A stretch of 64,000 nt of DNA from Camelus dromedarius (Eukaryota): the NCBI RefSeq assembly GCF_036321535.1, contig NC_087466.1, forward strand, positions 13,578,001-13,642,000. The letters run 5' to 3'. Below the pieces are notes generated by a model. The model ran no database searches. It saw nothing but the letters and a program-made list of their open reading frames with translations, and was not told where the DNA came from. Below, piece by piece: positions 37,080 to 49,317 of this stretch. The position numbers and the translations under genes are program-made. Position 1 is the first letter of the stretch. Each line of letters begins with the position of its first letter.

Positions 37080-37495
37080 GATACAGCTGGTCACCTGCTC
37101 CTTCTCAACTCCCTTCTCCTGGATTCTAGCACCCCACACTCTCTCGATCTTCTCTCTGGCTGCTCCTGCTCAGTCTGCTCTGCCTGTTCCTTCTCATCTT
37201 CCCTAACTCTGGGCGGTGGAGCACCCCAGGGTTCAGTCCCCGGACCTGACTGCGTTTCTGTCTTCCTGCCCCTGCTCAATTCTCCCCTGTACTTACCATC
37301 ATCTGACACCCAGCAAAGTTTACTTCGTTATAAGCTCTGTGGTCTGCCTCCTGCCTGCCCCTGCCTTCCTTGGCCCCAAGGACAATGTAAACTCTAGAGG
37401 GCAGAGAATTTGTCTCTTTTGTCCCCTACTCTATTCTGGCACCTAGGACAGTGCACAGCATGTAGTAGGTACTCAAGATAGATTTATTGATTAAA
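37080..37495 (+). mobile_element. L2 fragment
   Basis: Ends in gcacctaggacagtgcacagcatgtagtaggtactcaagatagatttattgatt (L2 3' terminus). Confidence 0.6.
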
Positions 37496-38470
37496 GGAAC
37501 CCGAGACTCCCAGGTTTATCCGGCTGCTGGAATAGGTTCTGCTCTCAATACCAATCGGAGTTCTGCCAGGAACCACTAGCCCATTGGAGCCCCAGGCAGT
37601 GATGTCCCCATTCTGTGAAATCCCATCTCTCCTCGGAATCCCAAGCTTCACTCCCTTTTGCAGCCTGGGTCCTCATCTTGTTAGGGACCAGGGAAAAGAA
37701 CTTGGCCTTAAGCTTGGGTTTTTGTTATGCACAAACCCACTGATATTACAAAGTCCACAGAACTCAGGAGAAAACCCAGAGAGACACTTGTTCAGTCTTC
37801 CAGGTCATGCCCTTTCTATTGATTTTTGAATTTCAAGGGCAGGAGCTCTGTGCTAAGTGAATGGCTTCAAGAATGACTCCTCAGACTACAATGATTCTGG
37901 CCCTCTTTAGAGTTTCAGTATAGACCTAGTGCATTTTTTTTTTCACCTGAAGACTTTGGGGGTTGATTACTACATCTTAGTGAATCAAATCTTTTGTATT
38001 CTTTGAGTTACAGTTGCATTTTCAGATCTGCTTTTTCTTCATTGCCAACTGGTTTTCAGTTGATGGAGACACTTGATATTCAACAAGAAGTTTCTACATT
38101 CTTCTCGGTATGTAAATCAGCACTTTGAATAGACCAATGGGACTCGCTATTTAAAGGAGTTTTTGGCACAACCAAGAGCCCTTTTGTGCTGCAAATAGCC
38201 ACCATTATTAAAAATAGTTGTGCTGGCATATTTGCTTTTTTGGGTGTCAAGTATTTTCTCAAAGCACGGCACCCCTGGTCCTTAGCATGGTGGGCAACTT
38301 GGTAACTGAAATTGTGATTGATGGTGGTAGGGTCTGGGGTCCCACCCTCTGTCCCTGGGCTGGTTTTGCCCTCTCTGGGTCACTGATCTTGCCAATGATG
38401 CGGACTTGAATGATGGATTCTGCTCTGAGCTCACGGGCATGTTTTGGATCCTGGAGAGTGGAGGCTGCCA

Positions 38471-38487
38471 GCCAGCAGGTGGCGCTG
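38471..38487 (+). promoter_or_regulatory. Candidate CTCF binding site in NOS1 intron 20
   Basis: GCCAGCAGGTGGCGCTG matches the CTCF core CCASYAGRKGGCRS without mismatch. Confidence 0.6.
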
Positions 38488-41400
38488 TGGGGTCGCTAAT
38501 TTAGGAGCCTCCAGCACCAACCCCGGGAAGCCTTTGAAAGGCCCCGCAAATCAATCCCCACTTTCTCCCAGATCATCACGATTTCTTTCAGAAGCATATT
38601 TGCCTCCGTTCATTCGGCCGGTACAAAATAGAAACGCGGAGGACCCGAACTTGCTGAGCTGGCTCACGCTCACAGCCACTTGCCCGGAGGCCTCTTAAAC
38701 GTGGCAGAAGGTGGTCAGCGGGTAAGAGGCAGGAACGGGAATGTCGCTGGCCGGTTGGCTACCAGGTGGGCCCAGGGATGTGGTCACGGGACATCTTGAT
38801 GGGCTGGTCCTTGAAGCTTTGCAGGAAGCTGATCCCCCAGTGGATAGCGCTAGCCTGGAGACCCACCGTCTTAGCTCTCAGTTCTGCTGGGGGTTTCTAA
38901 GTATAGGATTTTCTAAGCCTTTTTCCTCTAAGCTTGGGACACATATGAGCCATTGAAAAGTATTAGGGGAAGGAGAAAGGGCGGCACTGGGAAGGCAGCA
39001 GGCTTTTGGGCCCTTTCCACCCTCTCCCCCAGAGCACCCCCGGCTTGTGACGTACGCATATCCACCTACAGAAGCATAACTACACACACTCATGCGCACA
39101 CTTGGCAAGGGTTCAATGACAGGTTCGCAGATGAAAGAACAGCCTGCTAATGTCCAGCATTAAATGGAAAAAAAAAACAAACAGCTGTTCGCTCTTCAGT
39201 GAAAAGAATAAACATTGTCTGTTGCGGGCAGTTTGAGTTAATCAGGTTCACACACTTAACAAATTCGCAATGAGTGTCAGGCACTGTTCTAGGCACTGGT
39301 GAGAGAGTGGTGGGTAAAGACAACAAAGTGCCCGATTCTCACTGAGAAGTGACTTGAAAAGATCTCCAATGGGGCTGGTGATGTGGATGGGTGGGTGGTG
39401 ACGGGCTGGGGGCCGTGGGCTTAGTGACCAGCAGATAAGGATGGCCAGGGATTTGACATTTGAGCAGAGGCCTGAATAATGAGAAGGAGCGGACATGTCC
39501 TCTATTCACCAGCCTCTCTAAAGCCTCTCCTGCACGTCCCTTCCTCCTGACTTCCAGGACTTAACGATCCACACACCACCACTTCATGCTCCATTATACT
39601 CTCTTCTGTACTGTTTGCTAATTGGAGTACAGAGAAAATTTATTTCCTGGCCAGGCAGTAACTGCCGGTCACTTTTCTCTTTACAGTGGCAAGGATCACC
39701 CTCAAAAGCAGGTTTACTTCCTCTTAAGCACTTTGCTTGCAATTAAGGGTCTCTTGTTGGGGGTGGGGGTGAGGGGTGTGTGTGATTTGTGATTTGTGGT
39801 ATCTTGCTAGGGCCTCCAGGCACAAACAGCACGACTCTGGCCTTGGAGGGGGGAAAACTGGAGACAGAGTCATGCTTTTTCTTTCAGTTATCCTTAAAAA
39901 AAAAAAAAAAACAAAACTCGTAAAGCTGGAAATGGTAGTAAGTCTGTGAATTGGTAGCCCTATAGGGTACGTTTTTAAAGAGCTAAACACCTGGACACAA
40001 CTTGATCCTTTTTTGTGCTAATCCAGAACTGCTTTTAATGCTATCTTCTAGTTCCTAACCTTGTTGAAATATCCTTTGGTAGTAAGTTACCCAGCATGGA
40101 GTCAGCCGTCCTTTCTGGAGGAAGATGAAGGGGACTTTGGTCCAACTTAGCATCCAAACATTTGCAAATGACCTTGCTGTTTGTGTATAACCGTGTAAGG
40201 AGTAACTTTTTGTGATCTGGTCTTCCACAGTTTTTTACTGTAAGAAATTTCCAATAGATTCCCAATCCATTCCTCCAGTGTTTGAGGATCTAGGAGACAA
40301 CACGAGAGCCCTGGGGCTCCATCCCGTTGACAGTGTTGTCAAAGGTTTGACGTCCATGTAGAAAGCATACAGACTAAACCTGCAGGTGTAGGAAGCTGGG
40401 ATGGAGAAGGGACAGTAACGGGAACGTATGATACACTAGCTGCTTTGTGTGCGTTGTCTTTAATGCCCACAGCAGCCTTGCGATGTTGTTCAGGCCGTAG
40501 GAACAGCCATTTGGCATCATGACTTTGGAATCAGAGAACAAAGTCTGTGTAACCTTGAAAAAGTCACTTGTGTTTTCTAATTGTCATTTTTCATATTTAA
40601 AATGTAGACGATAATAGTGCCTAATTCCTAGGCTGGTGGAGTTCTGTGAGATTCTACACAGAGAGGACTCAAAACAGCTCTTGGAATGCAGAAAGTACTA
40701 AATAAATGTTGGCAATCTTTATAGCCACGATTCTTACTTTAGGTAAGGAGACAGGGGTTCAGAGGACCCAAGGGACTTGCCCAAGGTCACACAGCCGGCA
40801 CGTGGCAGAACTGGGTCCAGATCCCAGGGCTGTCCAGCTCGAGAGCCCACACTTTGTACTTTGCCATGCAAAAAATTCGAGATCTCAAAAGATCTTCATG
40901 GGCTGTAAATGCAAAGTGAAATGGCTTCCATTTGACAGGGATCAATGCAAAGACCTTTATTCCTGCTAAAAATTTTTTTTTACTTATCCAGGTGGAGGGA
41001 TGCAGAGACCTGATGGGGTCACTCTGAGAAGACATGAAGTCTAAGAGCAGCAAGGACATAAGCTTAACGGGAGAGCAGCATGGCTGTCAGGACGACGCCT
41101 GCATCTCGGGCAGCACCAGCGTGTCCTGTCCAGATCCGGGATGGTAATAACAGCCTTAGTGCACTTGGCAGTGATCATGGGACTTCCACTGCACTGTGAC
41201 CAGGTCTGAGAATGACATCTGCAGCAGGACAGAGTGCGTCCTTTTACTAATGCAAAACGCTTGGGAAACCAGGTCTCGGGAAGAACACTTGGAAGGAACC
41301 AGGACCGGGGAGAGACTGGTCGCCGTCCTTGGCTATTTGCAGCTCTCTCATTTGGAAGAAGTCACTTGGTATTGGGTGTCACTGGAGAGTGTAGCTGAGG

Positions 41401-41922
41401 ACCAAAATGAAGTGCTAGGAAGAAATGCTTTGCTGATAAGCAATCATAAGATAACTCCTAACAATTAGGACCTCAAGACACAGAGGGGCTGATGTATGTA
41501 ATAAACATCTCGCCATCCCAAGGGAATTTAAGCAGAGCCTGGGCAGCTGTTGTTCAGGATGCCAGGGGAGAATTACCTGCGAGGAGGAAAAGTCAGGACT
41601 AAGAGATTTCTGACTATGATGAACGTGACAGTGAACGTTAGCAGTTTGACAAGGGTGTGGTCCATATTGAAACTCCTCATAAAACCTTTCTCTTGCCTCT
41701 TGCCACAATAATCATCACCATTCACTTTTTTTCAGCCTTGCAGGCTGGAGCTTGGCAAAGGGGAAAGCAGAAAACCAAGATGCTACAAAGTAACAAGGGG
41801 TCTTGATGACCCTTAGAGTGGTGAGAGGAAGCCAGTCCTTGGAGTCAACAAGGGCCCCTTCCTTATTGAGGGTGACACCTGGGGCAGAGGCGGGTAACCC
41901 CAGGGGACCAAGGTGTTCCTAC

Positions 41923-42001
41923 CTGGATTTGGGGCTCTGAAGGTTTTGACGGCTGAGGAGTCGAGCGGCTGAGACCCGCTTTTTGTGGACACTGGACAGA
42001 C
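41923..42001 (-). CDS. NOS1: NOS1 exon 20 (79 nt): (G)LSSVHKKRVSAARLLSRQNLQSPKS(S)
   Basis: Hand translation. Canonical splice sites. Confidence 0.96.
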
Positions 42002-42445
42002 CTGCAAGGAGGAGAGCAACATTCTTCCTGAGATGGAGTTAAAGAGTTTTCTTTGTCAAGAAAAAGCCTCTAGCTTCTACTGACCCCCTCCTTACGTTCC
42101 CCTGTCCTCTGGGGCACAGTGAAGACATAGAAGAAAAGAGGCCAGGCAGGCATTGGTGGGGGCAGTTGCGGACAATGCAGAGCAAAAAGCAAATCCGGCT
42201 GAACTCAGCGGAGAAGAGGAGGTTCAGGGTAGCACACCACGCTGCCGGAGGGAGGCACTCTTTCAAGCACGCTGTTTTCCTGCGTGTGGGGCAGGAGCAG
42301 CGCGTTTATTTTGGGAGGGTTTCACTAAAGGGAGACCAAAGCGATGAAGCCCACCTTCTCTGAGCACCTTTTGGAGGTGAGAACTCCTGTCTTCCCCTTC
42401 CCCACACTGTCAGGAATGTCTCCCCGGGAGGGTGGGGAGTGGTAC

Positions 42446-42584
42446 CTTGTGTAAGTTCCGGAGCTTCAGCCACATAGGTGAGGCGGAACTTGTTCCTCTT
42501 CCAGCTTCGGTCATTGCTGATGAGGGAGTTGTTGGCCTTCTCAATGTTGACGTCATCTCCCACGCAGAACACGTCACAGGCTGC
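42446..42584 (-). CDS. NOS1: NOS1 exon 19 (139 nt): AACDVFCVGDDVNIEKANNSLISNDRSWKRNKFRLTYVAEAPELTQ(G)
   Basis: Matches nNOS. Canonical splice sites. Confidence 0.97.
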
Positions 42585-42659
42585 CTGTGGCACACACGGG
42601 GCTTTCGGTGACCTCTTTCACCCAAGTGGGATTCCCCTCAACAGCTTCAAGTCCCGGCA

Positions 42660-42945
42660 TGTATCCATTCATCCACCCATCCATCATCCCATCCACCCAC
42701 CCTGCATCCTTCCCTGCCTCCCTCCTCCCTCCATTCCTTCCTTCCATCCATTCATCTACCTATCCATTATCCCTCCGCCCATCTACCCACTCTCCCGTCC
42801 ATCCATCTATCCATCCACCATCCATCCTCCCTCCCTTCCTTCCTCCCATCCATCCACCCATCCTCCTTTCCTCCCTCCCTCCCTGCCATCCATCTATCCA
42901 TCCATCCTTCTATCCACCCACCTACCATCCCCTCATCCATCAATT
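42660..42945. repeat. Degenerate (CCAT)n/(CCCT)n simple repeat
   Basis: About 285 nt of atcc/ccat/ccct units, almost G-free on the plus strand. Confidence 0.85.
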
Positions 42946-44189
42946 CACCCTATATTTATTTTTTGAGTGCCTTTGATGTGTTGGACATACCACATTTACT
43001 ACTGACTTTGGGACTAACCTCTATTTAATCTGTAACTCTATTAGGTCATTTATTCCTAAAACCAACTTGTACAGAGGCTTAACATTAAACAATAGAATAA
43101 ATACCTTAGAATTTCCTATCTTCCTCTAAAGATTTAAAAATTATATTAAAGGCAGAATATATTGAATATTTGGATATCTGCATATAAATTTTTCCTGCTT
43201 TTCCTTTTTGCAAGTTCATAAGTTCTTCAACTTTAGTGATTCTAAGAATTCAGGTTTTTGGAGATAAAAACCATGGATAATGCCAAAGGTTTTCAAAGGT
43301 AGTTTTTTTTTTTAACCATATTTTGGCCTCATGTTNNNNNNNNNNNNNNNNNNNNNNNNNNNNNNNNNNNNNNNNNNNNNNNNNNNNNNNNNNNNNNNNN
43401 NNNNNNNNNNNNNNNNNNNNNNNNNNNNNNNNNNNNNNNNNNNNNNNNNNNNNNNNNNNNNNNNNNNNNNNNNNNNNNNNNNNNNNNNNNNNNNNNNNNN
43501 NNNNNNNNNNNNNNNNNNNNNNNNNNNNNNNNNNNNNNNNNNNNNNNNNNNNNNNNNNNNNNNNNNNNNNNTTTAGTGGTTGGCAGGGCTGGGCGTGGGC
43601 TGGGAGGATGGGAGGGTGAGACGATAGCTTAAAGGATTTGGTGGTTCGTAACAGACTCTGTTTCTGGGACACTCAAAGTTGACTGATTGAAGTCAAGAAC
43701 CACACAGTTATCTCAGGTATTAAAACAGCCAGGTTATCTTGACTCTCCTCATCTAGGAAGAAATTCAGGAACAGGCTTATCGACACAGTCTCTCCAAATA
43801 CATATCCTTATTGCTCAGGGGCCTCAGTTTCCCCTTTTGCTCTCTTTGTCTGGATGAAGAGTGTCAACTGGATGACAGAAGGTTGGGGAGTGCCCTTTCT
43901 CTTGCGTTGCTGATGACACTGCACCCTGGGGCTAAGGAAGGGGCAGGGACATGTGGGTCCACATTCACTGCTTTCTTGTTTTTTCCAGGATGGCCAATGG
44001 CATCACGCCCCACATGCATACAGAAGGCCGTTATTCATTTATTCCCCTGTGACCTCATCTCTAGAACAGCGCTGTCCAATAGGATGTCCTATCATGACAG
44101 AAATGTTCTAATTGTCTAATATGGTAACTCCTAGCCACTAGTGGCTACTGAGCATATGTGGCTCATGCAGGTGAGGAATGGAATTTTAA

Positions 44190-44201
44190 ATTATATTTAA
44201 T

Positions 44202-44232
<31 letters not shown>

Positions 44233-44560
44233 TACACACCCATATATATAAAAAAAGTATGTAGTTACATACATAATGTTGTTATATATAACATTATATA
44301 TATAATTATATGACATTATAATACATTAAGTATATAACTACATACATTTTATATATATAAATTAATGCTTTATGTTAATTATAATGTTATATATAACATT
44401 ATATATATAAATACATACAGTATATATATACACATTAAATACATATTTTAAATTATATATGTTGTATATATGTGTTAATATATGTTAAATTATATATATG
44501 TTGTTATATATACATATATAACTATATACAAGATTATACATATATTAAATATTATACAGA
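44190..44560. repeat. Degenerate (TA)n/(CA)n AT-rich microsatellite within a MER3-like element
   Basis: tatatatatacacacacacac...tatataacattatata repeats. Confidence 0.85.
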
Positions 44561-44885
44561 TATGTTATTTACAAGGTTGTGCAACCACCATCACTATCCA
44601 GTTTCAGAACATTTCCATCCTCCCAGAAGAAACCCTATAACCTACACACATTAGCAGTCACTTGCCTGAACCCCTGGCAACCACTAATCTACCTTCTGTC
44701 TCTACAGATGTGCCTATTCTGGACATTTTGTGCAATGGGATCATACAGTTAAGTTTCCTTCTGTGTCTGGTTTCTTTCACTTGGCACAATGTTTTCAAGG
44801 TTCATCCTTGTAGCAGGTATCAGCACTCCCTTCCTTTTTATGGCTAAACAATATTCCGTCATGTGGACACACATACTTTATTTAT
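44560..44885 (-). mobile_element. L1MB-type 3' fragment
   Basis: caaggttgtgcaaccaccatcactatccagtttcagaacatttcc...ggcaaccactaatctaccttctgtctctacagat. Confidence 0.7.
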
Positions 44886-45345
44886 CCATTCATCATATTT
44901 AACGTCCACTAGTTTACATTGAAATTTAAATAGCCACACGTAACAATTAAGATTGTCAAAGCAGACAAAACTGGTGAGATCTGAGATCCAGCCCCAGGCA
45001 TGGCCCCTGGCTTCATTAACCAAGTCTATGTTTTGTGTTTACCTGTCTACCAAATGTGAGTGAGGGGTGCATTCCTCCCAGCCCCCAAATTTCAAGACTC
45101 TATGTTTTTATAGACCAATTCCTTACCCATAATGCAGGAGGCTGAATTCTGGGTAGAGAATATCTTAAGATCACGCCACCTTATCTGAGTTGTTTAAAGC
45201 TATCTCCTGGTTGGAGACATGAGAGAAGTACCAAGAGCTCTCTAGTGTCTTCTACCTTTGATGGTTTAGGTACCCTGTCTTGGGGGGTGGTCCTTGGGGG
45301 TCATGACTTCTGCCCTGGGTCTCTGAGATCTGGGTGGACGGTTAC

Positions 45346-45520
45346 CTTGAAGACCTTCTTGGCCCAGGTCCTGAAAGCCTCTTCCTGCCCACAGAGCTCG
45401 TCCCCCTCCCTCATCTTCAGGATCCTCTCTCCCCCCAGCTCTTCCAGGAGGGTGTCCACGGCGTGTCCAAAGGCGCAGAAATGAGGGTATGCCCGTGAGC
45501 CAAGGCCGAACACAGAGAAC
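45346..45520 (-). CDS. NOS1: NOS1 exon 18 (175 nt): (R)[58 protein letters not shown]
   Basis: FMN-binding FGLGS and GDE motifs. Canonical splice sites. Confidence 0.97.
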
Positions 45521-45580
45521 CTGCCAAGGAGACAAGAGAAGGTCCATGCCAGCAGACCAGGGAGACGTGGGGGTGTCTGG

Positions 45581-45995
45581 TGTTATGGACATAACAGTCC
45601 ATATGCCCCCTCAGATCCGTATGTTGAANNNNNNNNNNNNNNNNNNNNNNNNNNNNNNNNNNNNNNNNNNNNNNNNNNNNNNNNNNNNNNNNNNNNNNNN
45701 NNNNNNNNNNNNNNNNNNNNNNNNNNNNNNNNNNNNNNNNNNNNNNNNNNNNNNNNNNNNNNNNNNNNNNNNNNNNNNNNNNNNTGTCTGCACACGCAGA
45801 ATAAACCATGTGAGGACACAGTGAGAAGGCGGCTGTCTGCAAGCCAGGAAGAGAGGCCTCACCAGAAACCAACCAACCCCACTGACACCTTGATCGAGGG
45901 CTTCCAGCCTCCAGAGCTGTGAGAAAATAAACTTCTCTTATTGAAGCCCCCGCGTCTGTAGTATTTTGTGATGGCTGCCCGAGCACACAGAGACA
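45581..45995 (+). mobile_element. MLT1A/B-type solo LTR (centre N-masked)
   Basis: TG...CA ends, perfect 5-bp TSD tctgg (45576-45580 / 45996-46000), agcctccagagctgtgagaaaataaac signature. Confidence 0.85.
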
Positions 45996-47596
45996 TCTGG
46001 TATCTCCAGAAGGACAGCGTTTAGCCTTTGGTGGTAAGACAACGCCAAGCCCATCCGGGGAAGGCCACTGTTAAGCCTGGGAGCCCCCGAGCCCTGTGTG
46101 CTCTTCCTTCTGGTCTCTGCTAAGCACCACGGTCCTTGGGAGACAAGCCCCAGGCGATCCTTAGGAGGGTGAGCTGGGGACCGTGGTGACCCAGAACTGT
46201 TTCTTGTGTGTCCCTTTCTAAGCTGGACTAATTGGGGATAAGAGTCTCTATTACTGGAAAACTTAAACTCTACTGATGATACAACTAGATTAGTTTTAAG
46301 TGCAAAGACAATGAAAACTCCAGTGCAGCAGTTCTCCAGGTCCTGTATGAACGACGAGCTCAGAAGGACTTGTCACTAACACATCCAACGTTGGTGGGTA
46401 AACAGCTTCTTCTAGAAGGGACTGAAAGACTTATACATATGCTGGCTCCACCCCTTGCAATGCCTGTGAAATTGAGTTGCTTCACAAACCCTCTTCACAT
46501 AGATATCACTAGAAAACGGTGTTTGAATCGATGGGGGTCAAGTTAATGAGGTTTTCCTGTATGTCAAGGAGGAGCTGCTTTGACTGAAGTCTGAGAAGTG
46601 AAGGGCTGGGGCCCAGGGGCCCCTCAGTTGTGCAGAGACTTTACGTCACACTTTCAGGACTTGGTTCTGGCTGTGGGTCTTCACCTCACTGGGACTGGAT
46701 CGAGAGGTTGACAAGTGGGACACCAGGCCCCCTGACTGACTTCTTCCCCAGGCTGGAATGTTCTGTGGCAGACTGTCATTTCAGACAAGCCAAGGAGGGC
46801 AACTGTTTAACTCAGTCCACACAGGGTCTGGCTCTGCCCCAGACTCTCTTTTTTAGAATGATGGTCAAAAGATTGCGATGGAGGATGAGGGAAGGAGTTG
46901 GGGAAGTTGGGGAGAAGGGACTCTGTTATTGGACAATGAATTTGAGATGGGATCCAGGGGTCTCAGAGATCAAGTCAAAGTCAACATAGGTTAATATCTA
47001 CTCTTTCAAACTCGTACTCATGCTTTCTCACCTCATTCTCCACTTCTTTCCTGCCCTTCCTTCCCTGGGGTTCCAGAGCCTTTCCAAGGGAAGGATGTGG
47101 GATTAGGCAGCATGTTTCTCCATCCCCTGTGATCCTCCATTAGGTAGAGCCCTCACCTTTTCCTCGCAGGGCAGTGGCCTGGCAGGTGGAGAGGGCTGGT
47201 GGCCAGGAGTGGACTGGCTGGAGGACGCCAGGAGCAGCGTTTCTGGCCCCCACCCTCCCCTCCAGCCTAACACAGATTTGGAAACTCTTGGCACTAGTCA
47301 TGCCTTGTGGTTAAGACGTTGTTCCCCAAACCTCCAATATTGATGACATTTGAGACACCTGACCACCACTGACACTGTTATTTACTGAATAGCGCTGTTT
47401 AATTTGCTTTTATTTTGTACTCACTAGCTAGTCAAACCCACTGGTGTTCACTAACAGATGGTCCAGATGATTAATTCATTAATACGTTTGCCGAGGCACC
47501 CGAAGGCCTGTGTCACAGTCTCTTCCTAGACTCACATTTCCATCACCATCTTCACCTGATGATTTCAAAATTCCTATTTTAAGCTTCCAAACCAGA

Positions 47597-47985
47597 AGCT
47601 GGTAAACTTATTTACAGGGCCAGACGGTAAATATTTTCAGGCTTGTAGGCCAAGAAGCAAAATCGAAGCTATTACATAGATACTCTCGTATCAAGGAAGA
47701 AAATATATTCCTACACATTTTTGGACAAAATTTAAAATACAATAATAATAATAGTTATTGAGTACAATTATAAAGACTGAGTTATATATGTCCAGTAATG
47801 CGAAGAATGGAATTTTTTGGCGGGGGGATAGCATTTTGCTTCACTGAGGTTCAAAGATAATATTTTCTGTCATCAAACGAATTGCAAATGTCCATCTGTA
47901 AAACCCATTCTAAGCTCACCAGTTGTATAAGAGTACACCATGGCCAGGCTGGATTTGGCCCATGGGCTGTAGTTTGCCAACCCCT
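47597..47985 (+). mobile_element. MER58-family hAT element
   Basis: agggccagacggtaaatattttcaggcttgtaggcc ... ggatttggcccatgggctgtagtttgccaacccctg. Confidence 0.65.
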
Positions 47986-48049
47986 GCTCTAAGCCATGAG
48001 AGATTTAATAAGGGAAAAATGGGTCTGACTGTCAAACCACGGATGTTTC

Positions 48050-48312
48050 AATGTCAAGCTGAAAAAAATGAACTGATGTCAGAACCCACAGAACGTACAA
48101 TACCAAGGGTGAACTCTAATGTAAACTATGGACCCTGGGTGATAATGTGTCAATGTAGGTTTGTCGACTGTATAAATGTAGCACTGTTGGGGGGACGTTG
48201 ATAATGAAGGAGTCTGTGTGTGTGTGTTGGGGGTGGGCAGGGAATATATGGGAAATCTCTGTATCTTCCCCTCAATTTTGCTGCAAACCTAAAAAAATAA
48301 GGTCTATTAAAA
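48050..48312 (+). mobile_element. L1MC-type 3' end
   Basis: caagggtgaactctaatgtaaactatggac...gggaatatatgggaaatctctgta...ttttgctgcaaacctaaaa. Confidence 0.75.
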
Positions 48313-49200
48313 AGTGTACCAATGGACACAACACTTCAATATCCAGGAACTCTGTGATTTGTATCATTTATTAAGTGCTGCCCTGAGCATGCGAGGGGAA
48401 GTTTCAATGAGTAAAGGTCTAAGAGATTAGTGGCCAGGCCTGAGCTTACATCAGCTTCAACTTGACCAAGATCTGTGAAACCAAGGGTTTGATATTCAGT
48501 TTGCTCTCTTTCCAAATACCCATTAAACTGAACACACAACCACTGAGATATGAAATATCTGCCCATGTATTATCTAAAATGCTCTCGTGGGATGTGACTA
48601 TGCTTTGGGAAGCATGGAGTTAGGACAGCATTTTTTTTTTTTTTACATTTTTTTTTACTGAGTTATAGTCATTTTACAATGTTGTGTCAGGACAGTATTT
48701 TTTGAATCTGCGCGTTGGAGTCAATTAGGGAGATTAAAAAAAAAAGCAATGCTTGGGACCAATTCTAGACCAATTACATCAGAATCTCTGGAGGTGGGGC
48801 TTGGTTATCTGTATTTTGTAAACCTCTCCAGGTCATCTCGATGAGCTTCCAAGGTTAGGAACCACTGGGTCATAGCAGGGTATCTCCGAAGCTTCTATTA
48901 AAGCTTCTATTAAAGCTTCTATTAGGAAGGGAGCTCACTGAGTAATATCCTTCAGCATAACTGATGTGAAACTGATGTGAAACTGAAGGAGTGTGTACAG
49001 AAAGAGATCACAGGAAGGGTCCAGGTAGTGTGCTTTAGTGGGAGGGGTATCCCCAAACAGCCAGAGTGCAACTGGTTATGTGAGGGACAAAACGACATGG
49101 AAGGGAGACCTCCCTTCCCCTGACAAAGAACCCATTTTGCAACTAAGTCCATTTTCCCAAGAGTCTTCATCACCCCCAACGTCCTGGGTCTCTCGCTCAC

Positions 49201-49317
49201 CTCACATTCGCCAGGGGCCCGGCACTCTCAAAGTTGTCTCTGAGGTCTGGCCCGTCGCCTGATGATTTGCGGGAATCCGAGTATGAGGAAACACTATTGA
49301 ACCGGACCTTGTAGCTC
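49201..49317 (-). CDS. NOS1: NOS1 exon 17 (117 nt): SYKVRFNSVSSYSDSRKSSGDGPDLRDNFESAGPLANV(R), autoinhibitory loop
   Basis: Contains the CaMK phosphosite motif RFNS. Canonical splice sites. Missed by the ORF track. Confidence 0.97.

Noticed and set aside
42478-42976. Pro/Ser/His/Ile-rich ORFs of 129-162 aa
   Set aside because: These are translations of the (CCAT)n simple repeat, antisense to exon 19.
46120-46140. REST/NRSE-like motif (taagcaccacggtcc)
   Set aside because: Only the left half matches. The GGACAG right half is absent.
48889-48924. Short direct repeats as a CRISPR-like array
   Set aside because: Head-to-tail 12-mers with no spacers in mammalian intronic DNA. No CRISPR array or cas-like ORF is present anywhere in the window.
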